Positions 50,095 to 55,870 of a stretch of 55,870 bases of DNA are shown here, piece by piece. A program made the translations under genes and the position numbers. Source of the stretch: Candidatus Delongbacteria bacterium (GTDB lineage: Bacteria > UBA4055); assembly GCA_016937995.1 (NCBI GenBank), contig JAFGVM010000005.1, positions 1-55,870 of the forward strand. The letters are read 5' to 3'. The notes beneath the pieces were generated by a model that had not been told where the DNA came from, ran no database searches, and saw only the letters and a program-made list of their open reading frames with translations. Numbering within the stretch: position 1 is the first letter of the stretch; each line of letters starts with the position of its first letter.

Positions 50095-51287
50095 TGAATA
50101 AATTCATATCACCTTCAATAATATCCGGCAGTATTATCCCGCCTGCGTCAAAATCATTCATGCAGAGAGTTATTGCAGCATCATTTTTATCAGATACAAA
50201 AGTAAATATTATCTACAATTCTACCTGCGAAGATTCTGATGTAGCATTCCGGATCGTCAAAGAACTGGAATCTGAAGCTGTAAAAGAATTAAATTTTGGA
50301 GAATCGGGTTTAGCCCTGAGAATGTTCACTCCTATACTAGCTTTACAAGATAAGGAATTTATAGTTTCAGGTAAAGGAACACTGATGAAAAGACCAATTT
50401 CAATGATGGAAGATCCTCTCAGGCAACTTGGAGTTACAATTGAAAATAACAATGGATTTTTGCCTTTAACGATCAAAGGACCTTTGAAAGGTGGTACTGT
50501 TACCTTAGACGGATCTCTAAGTTCACAATTCCTGACAGGGCTTTTAATGGCACTTCCATTAACAAAAGAAGACTCTGTTATCAACGTAAGTGCTCTGAAA
50601 AGTAAACAATATATTGATATGACTTTAGAGGTTTTAAAGAGCTTTGGAGTTGAAGTTATTAACAAAAAATACAAAAAATTCATTATAAATGGTGGACAAA
50701 CATATTCAGCTGAAAAAATTATAATTGAAAATGACTGGAGCAGTGCTGCAAATTTGGTTGTAGCAGGAGCATTAGCAGGCAGAGTTGAGATAAAAGGTCT
50801 GAATCTGTATTCATCTCAACCCGATAGGAATATAATTAATATTGTCAGAACAGCCGGTGCAAAAGTAGAATTTAAAAACAACTCGATCGTTATCTCAAAC
50901 AGAAAGCTAAATTCTTTTGTTTACAATTCTGCAGATTCTCCTGATCTTTTTCCACCACTGGTAGTTCTTGCATCTGCTTGCAGTGGTAAAAGTAGAATTA
51001 AAGGTGCATTGAGGCTGAAATACAAAGAAAGTAACAGAGCTGAAGTTCTCGTGCAGGAATTCACAAAACTTGGAGTGAAGATTTCTGTCGATGGGGATGA
51101 AATGATCATTGAAGGAGGAAAGATCATTGGTGGAGAAATGAACAGTCATAATGATCATAGAATAGCGATGGCAGGTGCAATTGCAGGTCTTATATCTGAG
51201 AAAGGTATCAATGTTAAAAACGCCGAATGTGTTAGTAAATCGTATCCCGATTTTTTCAAGGATCTTGAAAAAATAATGTACAATTAA
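50094..51287 (+). CDS. aroA: 3-phosphoshikimate 1-carboxyvinyltransferase
   Basis: P.SKS..QR, GESG...R, SSQF.TGLL, KESNR, DHRIAM, KSYPDFF. Confidence 0.95.
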   Translation: MNKFISPSIISGSIIPPASKSFMQRVIAASFLSDTKVNIIYNSTCEDSDVAFRIVKELESEAVKELNFGESGLALRMFTPILALQDKEFIVSGKGTLMKRPISMMEDPLRQLGVTIENNNGFLPLTIKGPLKGGTVTLDGSLSSQFLTGLLMALPLTKEDSVINVSALKSKQYIDMTLEVLKSFGVEVINKKYKKFIINGGQTYSAEKIIIENDWSSAANLVVAGALAGRVEIKGLNLYSSQPDRNIINIVRTAGAKVEFKNNSIVISNRKLNSFVYNSADSPDLFPPLVVLASACSGKSRIKGALRLKYKESNRAEVLVQEFTKLGVKISVDGDEMIIEGGKIIGGEMNSHNDHRIAMAGAIAGLISEKGINVKNAECVSKSYPDFFKDLEKIMYN

Positions 51288-51289
51288 AC

Positions 51290-51366
51290 CGTCATCCTGA
51301 ATTTATTTTATGGTCTAAAAGATTAAAAGATAGATACTGAGCCGATAAACCGGGATCAGCATGACA
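51290..51366. repeat. inverted TGTCAT/CGTC palindrome doublet between aroA and aroC
   Basis: CGTCATCCTGAATTTATTTTATGGTCT 51290-51316 and AGATACTGA...TCAGCATGACA 51332-51366. Confidence 0.75.
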
Positions 51367-51380
51367 ACAAAAGGAACATT

Positions 51381-52355
51381 ATGAAAACATTTGGTAATAA
51401 ATTTAAAGTTACTATAAACGGTTCGTCTCACGGTGATACTGTCAGTGTTGATATTGTAGGTTGTCCTTCGGGTATACCTGTTTCCCAGGATGAATTTATT
51501 GGGGACCTGTTAAAAAGGAAAAGCGGAGCACCCGGTACAACCAAGAGAATAGAATCTGATATCCCGGATATCATTTCAGGTATCTATCAGGGTCAAACTA
51601 CAGGATCAATGATCTCCATTGCTTTTGATAACAAGGATACTCATTCAAAAGATTATGATAAATTTATTGATGTTCCAAGACCCGGTCATGCTGATCTCAC
51701 TAATAAAGTTAAATACAAAGGGCAGAATGATCACAGGGGTGGAGGACAGGCATCAGGCAGAATGACACTGCCGCTTGTGGCTGCAGGAGTTATTGCTAAA
51801 AAGATCATTCCTGATGTCAAGTTCGATACAAAATTGATAGAAGTTCATGGCAGTAAAAATATTGATTCTCAGGTAGAAAAAGCAGTTGAAGAAAATGACT
51901 CAGTTGGCGGTATAATCGAAAGCAGGATCTCTAATATTGCTGTTGGTTTAGGTGAACCTTTCTTCGATTCTGTTGAAAGTATGATATCTCATATAATATT
52001 TTCTATTCCGGGTATAAAAGGAATAGAATTCGGAACTGGTTTTGAATCTGCAAAGATGAAAGGTTCAGAGTGCAATGATGTTTTTATTGATGAGCAGGGT
52101 TCTACAGCTACGAATAATGCAGGCGGGATCAATGGTGGAATATCGAACGGGAATGAGATAGTATTCAGAGTTGCTGTTAAGCCTACTTCAAGTATTGGGA
52201 AAGCTCAGAGAACTTTTAATTTTAAGACCAAAGAAATGACCGATCTTGTCATTGAAGGCAGGCATGATGTCTGTTTTGCACTGAGAACACCTATTATTGT
52301 GGAAAACGCAGCAGCGATTGTACTAGCGGATCTGTATCTTAGGTATAAGTTATAA
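51381..52355 (+). CDS. aroC: chorismate synthase
   Basis: G.SHG, PRPGHAD, RGGG..SGR.T, DSVGG, NNAGGINGGISNG, GRHD.C. Confidence 0.96.
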   Translation: MKTFGNKFKVTINGSSHGDTVSVDIVGCPSGIPVSQDEFIGDLLKRKSGAPGTTKRIESDIPDIISGIYQGQTTGSMISIAFDNKDTHSKDYDKFIDVPRPGHADLTNKVKYKGQNDHRGGGQASGRMTLPLVAAGVIAKKIIPDVKFDTKLIEVHGSKNIDSQVEKAVEENDSVGGIIESRISNIAVGLGEPFFDSVESMISHIIFSIPGIKGIEFGTGFESAKMKGSECNDVFIDEQGSTATNNAGGINGGISNGNEIVFRVAVKPTSSIGKAQRTFNFKTKEMTDLVIEGRHDVCFALRTPIIVENAAAIVLADLYLRYKL

Positions 52356-52374
52356 AGTATAAGGTATGAGTTCG
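52341..52374 (+). repeat. heptamer-repeat arm (left)
   Basis: AGGTATAAGTTATAAAGTATAAGGTATGAGTTCG, inverted partner at 53316-53349. Confidence 0.75.
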
Positions 52375-52387
52375 CAGCAGGTGATAA

Positions 52388-52413
52388 TGTCATTGCGAGG
52401 TACGACGCAATCT
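52388..52413 (+). repeat. TGTCAT-family palindrome
   Basis: TGTCATTGCGAGGTACGACGCAATCT. Confidence 0.75.
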
Positions 52414-52638
52414 TCTTTTAAAACATTTCAAACTTTCTTTTGCTTGTACGAAAAGAAAGTTACAGAGAAAATACAGCACGAACGTTAATTTTGGAATCTG
52501 AAAAAGAGGTAACCAAAATTACGTTAAGTGCAAGATAAGTAAAAAGATTAGAACTACAAGAAACCATTAAATATGCGATCAATGTTCGCACAATTGAATT
52601 AGTTGTATATCCATTTACAAATAAGAAATAACAAATTC

Positions 52639-52667
52639 GTAGGGGAGACCTCCCACGGTCTTCCGCA
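52639..52667 (+). repeat. GTAG REP
   Basis: GTAGGGGAGACCTCCCACGGTCTTCCGCA, similar to the 35887 copy. Confidence 0.7.
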
Positions 52668-52791
52668 ACAGATAAACAGCTTTTCGGGGAAGGTCGAAAG
52701 ATTTTTAATTTTAATAGTTATAGTTTGACAAATAGTTGAATTTAATGTAGTTTTTCAGAGTTAACTTATTTACTTCAAGTGAAATTAAGAT

Positions 52792-53304
52792 ATGAAAAAT
52801 AAAATCCAAATCAAATACTACAAAACACCAGTTGGTGAGCTTATACTAGGTTCTTTTGATGACAAGCTGTGCCTTGCTGACTGGCGATATCGAAAGATGC
52901 GTTCTTCTATTGACAAACGGATCAAATCAGGTTTAGATGCAGATTATGTTGAAGGGAGTTCTGATGTTATCGAAAAGACGATATCTCAGCTTGAAGAATA
53001 TTTTTCTAAAGAAAGAAAAGAATTTGATATTCCTCTGCTTTTCGTCGGTACTGATTTTCAAAGATCAGTCTGGGATGCTTTAATACAAGTTCCTTACGGC
53101 AAAACAGATACTTATTTAGGTTTATCTAAGAAGATCGGGAATGTGAAAGCTATCAGAGCTGTTGCAGGTGCAAATGGAGCTAATGCGATCTCGATCATCG
53201 TACCCTGCCACAGGATCATCGGTTCTAATGGAAATCTTGTTGGTTACGCCGGTGGATTAAATGCAAAGAAAAAATTACTCGAATTAGAATTTTCACTTTT
53301 ATAA
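52792..53304 (+). CDS. ogt: methylated-DNA--protein-cysteine S-methyltransferase
   Basis: GTDFQ..VW..L..VPYG, RAVAGANG.N, active site PCHR, GYAGG...K..LL. Confidence 0.95.
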   Translation: MKNKIQIKYYKTPVGELILGSFDDKLCLADWRYRKMRSSIDKRIKSGLDADYVEGSSDVIEKTISQLEEYFSKERKEFDIPLLFVGTDFQRSVWDALIQVPYGKTDTYLGLSKKIGNVKAIRAVAGANGANAISIIVPCHRIIGSNGNLVGYAGGLNAKKKLLELEFSLL

Positions 53305-53315
53305 AATTTATCGGT

Positions 53316-53349
53316 CGAACTCATACTTCATACCCCATAACTCATACCT
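53316..53349 (-). repeat. heptamer-repeat arm (right)
   Basis: reverse complement AGGTATGAGTTATGGGGTATGAAGTATGAGTTCG. Confidence 0.75.
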
Positions 53350-53444
53350 AAAATATTTAAAGTCATGACTTTTAACATTTCCGTTGTGCAAATCAATAAT
53401 ATATCATACATTCCGACCGAGTTTATATAAAAGGACATCGGTAG

Positions 53445-55259
53445 ATGAAAAAATTAAAGAACATCGCGATTATCGCCCATGTAGATCATGGTAAAACAAC
53501 ACTGGTTGACGCAGCACTTAGGCAGACAGGGGTTTTCAGAGCAAACCAGAAGGTCGAAGAAAGAATAATGGATTCCAATGACATCGAAAAAGAAAGAGGG
53601 ATCACAATTTTTTCAAAGAATGCCTCACTGCATTACAAAGATTACAAAATAAATATCGTTGACACACCCGGTCACGCGGATTTCGGTGGTGAAGTGCAGA
53701 GGATCCTGAAAATGGTTGACTCAGTTCTTCTGTTAGTGGACGCTTTTGAAGGAACAATGCCTCAGACAAAATATGTCCTAAAAAAATCTCTTGAACTTGG
53801 ATTAAAACCTATTGTAGTTATAAATAAGATCGATAGACCGAACTGTACTCCGACTGAAGTATTAGAAAATGTATTTGATCTGTTCGTAGAACTGAATGCG
53901 ACTGATGATCAGCTTGATTTCCCTGTGATCTATGCATCTGCAAAAAGTGGTTATGCAAAGTATGAACTGGAGGATGAGAACATTGATCTGACACCATTAT
54001 TTGAAACAATAATTAATTCTGTTGATGAGCCTGAGGGAGATGAAACAAAACCGTTCCAGTTTTTAACATCTGCAATTGAATATGATAATTATCTCGGTAA
54101 GATCGGTACAGGTAAGATCCATAACGGTGTAGTAAGACAGGGAGATGAGGTTGTTCTTTTAAAAAGAGACGGGGAAAGGTTAATATACAGAATTACAAAG
54201 CTGTTCGTTTATGAAGGTTTGAACAAAAAAGACGTCAAGGAAGCTTTTGCGGGTGATATCGTTTCTATTGCGGGTATTACAAAGATAGATGTTGGTGAGA
54301 CAGTTGCAGACAGGTTAAAACCTGAACCTCTAGCTTTGATAGATATAGATGAACCTACACTTTCAATGCTTTTCATGGTTAACGATTCTCCATTTGCAGG
54401 ATTAGAGGGAAGATGGGTGACCTCAAGGAATATCTGGGACAGATTACAGAAAGAACTTCAAACCAATGTGAGTATACAGGTAGAAAAGACTGAAACACCT
54501 GATTCATTTCTTGTGAAGGGTAGAGGTGAGCTTCAGCTTGCAATTTTGATCGAGAATATGAGAAGGGACGGTTACGAATTTGCAGTTTCAAGACCTAAGG
54601 TCATTTACAGAGAACTGAAAGGAAAACGAACAGAACCTATAGAACTTGCTATGATCGATGTTGCCGATGAATATACCGGTGTTGTAATTGAAAAAATGGG
54701 TATCAGAAAAGGTGAAATGCTCAATATGGTAGTTGGATCTGACGGATATACAAGGATAGAGTTCAAAGTTCCGGCAAGAGGTCTGATCGGATTCAGGAAT
54801 GAGTTCATGACAGAGACAAGAGGAACCGGGATATTAAATCATAGTTTTTACGAATATGAATATTACAAGGGTGACATCCCTGGAAGAACAAGAGGCGTTC
54901 TTGTGGCTATGGATAAAGGTGTCTCAGTAGCCTACTCCTTATGGAATTTACAGGAGAGGGGTTCACTTTTCATAAATCCGGGAGTAAATGTTTACGGTGG
55001 TATGATAGTGGGTGAACACAGCAGGGATGGTGATCTTGATGTTAATGTTCTGAAAGGCAAGAAGTTATCAAACGTAAGGTCTTCGGGAGCTGATGATGCT
55101 ATTAAATTGACACCACCGAGAGATCTGACCTTAGAGCAGGCAATAGAATTTATAAATGATGATGAACTGCTTGAAGTTACTCCTGAAAATTTTAGACTGA
55201 GAAAAAGATTTCTGGATATAAATGAAAGAAGAAGAAATGCTCCAAAGAAAGAAAAGTAA
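53445..55259 (+). CDS. typA: translational GTPase TypA/BipA
   Basis: AHVDHGKTT, ERGITI, DTPGHADFGGEV, GRGELQL, EFI.DDEL.EVTP...RLRK. Confidence 0.97.
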   Translation: MKKLKNIAIIAHVDHGKTTLVDAALRQTGVFRANQKVEERIMDSNDIEKERGITIFSKNASLHYKDYKINIVDTPGHADFGGEVQRILKMVDSVLLLVDAFEGTMPQTKYVLKKSLELGLKPIVVINKIDRPNCTPTEVLENVFDLFVELNATDDQLDFPVIYASAKSGYAKYELEDENIDLTPLFETIINSVDEPEGDETKPFQFLTSAIEYDNYLGKIGTGKIHNGVVRQGDEVVLLKRDGERLIYRITKLFVYEGLNKKDVKEAFAGDIVSIAGITKIDVGETVADRLKPEPLALIDIDEPTLSMLFMVNDSPFAGLEGRWVTSRNIWDRLQKELQTNVSIQVEKTETPDSFLVKGRGELQLAILIENMRRDGYEFAVSRPKVIYRELKGKRTEPIELAMIDVADEYTGVVIEKMGIRKGEMLNMVVGSDGYTRIEFKVPARGLIGFRNEFMTETRGTGILNHSFYEYEYYKGDIPGRTRGVLVAMDKGVSVAYSLWNLQERGSLFINPGVNVYGGMIVGEHSRDGDLDVNVLKGKKLSNVRSSGADDAIKLTPPRDLTLEQAIEFINDDELLEVTPENFRLRKRFLDINERRRNAPKKEK

Positions 55260-55282
55260 CTGAGTTTTAAATACAGGTCTTT

Positions 55283-55320
55283 AACAAGGAATAAGCGTGT
55301 TTTATTCCTTGTTTTATTTT
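55283..55320 (+). terminator. intrinsic terminator after typA
   Basis: AACAAGGAATAA/TTATTCCTTGTT stem followed by a T-rich tail. Confidence 0.75.
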
Positions 55321-55448
55321 TAGTGATACCGTTTTTTTGAACAAACATTAGGCGTTATGTGCGCGTGTTATTTTATTAATTATATATTGATTTATGTATC
55401 ATTAGTAGCTATATTAAAAGTCCTTGAATAAATAAGTGGATGATCTGT

Positions 55449-55870
55449 ATGCCAAAAATACTTGTAATAGACGATGAGCAGGAATTAAGGGAATTTGTCT
55501 CAATGAGCCTCGAATTGAATGATTATGATACTGTTGAGGCAGAAAATGGTAAAGATGCTCTTGCAAAAATTGAACAGAATGATTTTGACTGTATAGTTTC
55601 AGATGTTGAAATGCCACATATGACCGGACCGGAATTTTTGAAAGCTTTCCGTGAGAAAAATACCATAATACCTGTGATCATGCTCACAGGAGTAAAGAAT
55701 CTGAATACGGTCATTGAGGTTATGAAGCTTGGTGCCCAGGACTATCTTGTGAAACCCATTAACGTAGACGAATTATTGATCTCTGTAGAAAAAAGTATCG
55801 AGTTCAAAAGACTGAAAGAAGAGAATATTAAGCTTCTTCAAGAAAATAAAAGATATCAGAAACATCTTGA
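55449..55870 (+). CDS. response regulator (receiver domain), truncated by the window edge
   Basis: not in the ORF track; MPKILVIDDE...DCIVSDVEMP..TG...VIMLTG...GAQDYLVKP then a coiled coil, open to the end. Confidence 0.9.
   Translation, partial: MPKILVIDDEQELREFVSMSLELNDYDTVEAENGKDALAKIEQNDFDCIVSDVEMPHMTGPEFLKAFREKNTIIPVIMLTGVKNLNTVIEVMKLGAQDYLVKPINVDELLISVEKSIEFKRLKEENIKLLQENKRYQKHL

Overview
AT-rich bacterial chromosome segment from a diderm. The T9SS-type C-terminal sorting domains, FadL and GmhA suggest an FCB-group lineage such as Ca. Delongbacteria or Cloacimonadota (inference). Most of it is housekeeping: clpC, rpsU, gmhA, gltX, dnaG, tmk, rimO, obgE, dprA, queC, nadC, manC, gpsA, two rsmI-like genes, aroB-aroD-aroA-aroC, ogt and typA. 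Five things stand out. (1) A DnaA-box cluster in the convergent gap at 576-925 is an oriC candidate. (2) A tandem array of four large secreted papain-like (C1) cysteine proteases has two alternative C-terminal modules, and one copy is interrupted by a single in-frame TAG. (3) A small GIY-YIG nuclease gene is bracketed by inverted 29-bp TGTCAT palindromes and frameshifted by one extra AT in an (AT)5 tract; seven more copies of the palindrome family lie in other intergenic gaps. (4) A second, GTAG-tagged REP family is also present. (5) Heptamer-repeat inverted arms about 1 kb apart enclose ogt and a structured non-coding stretch. No rRNA, tRNA or CRISPR array was seen. All calls are from reading the sequence and recognising motifs; no searches were run.
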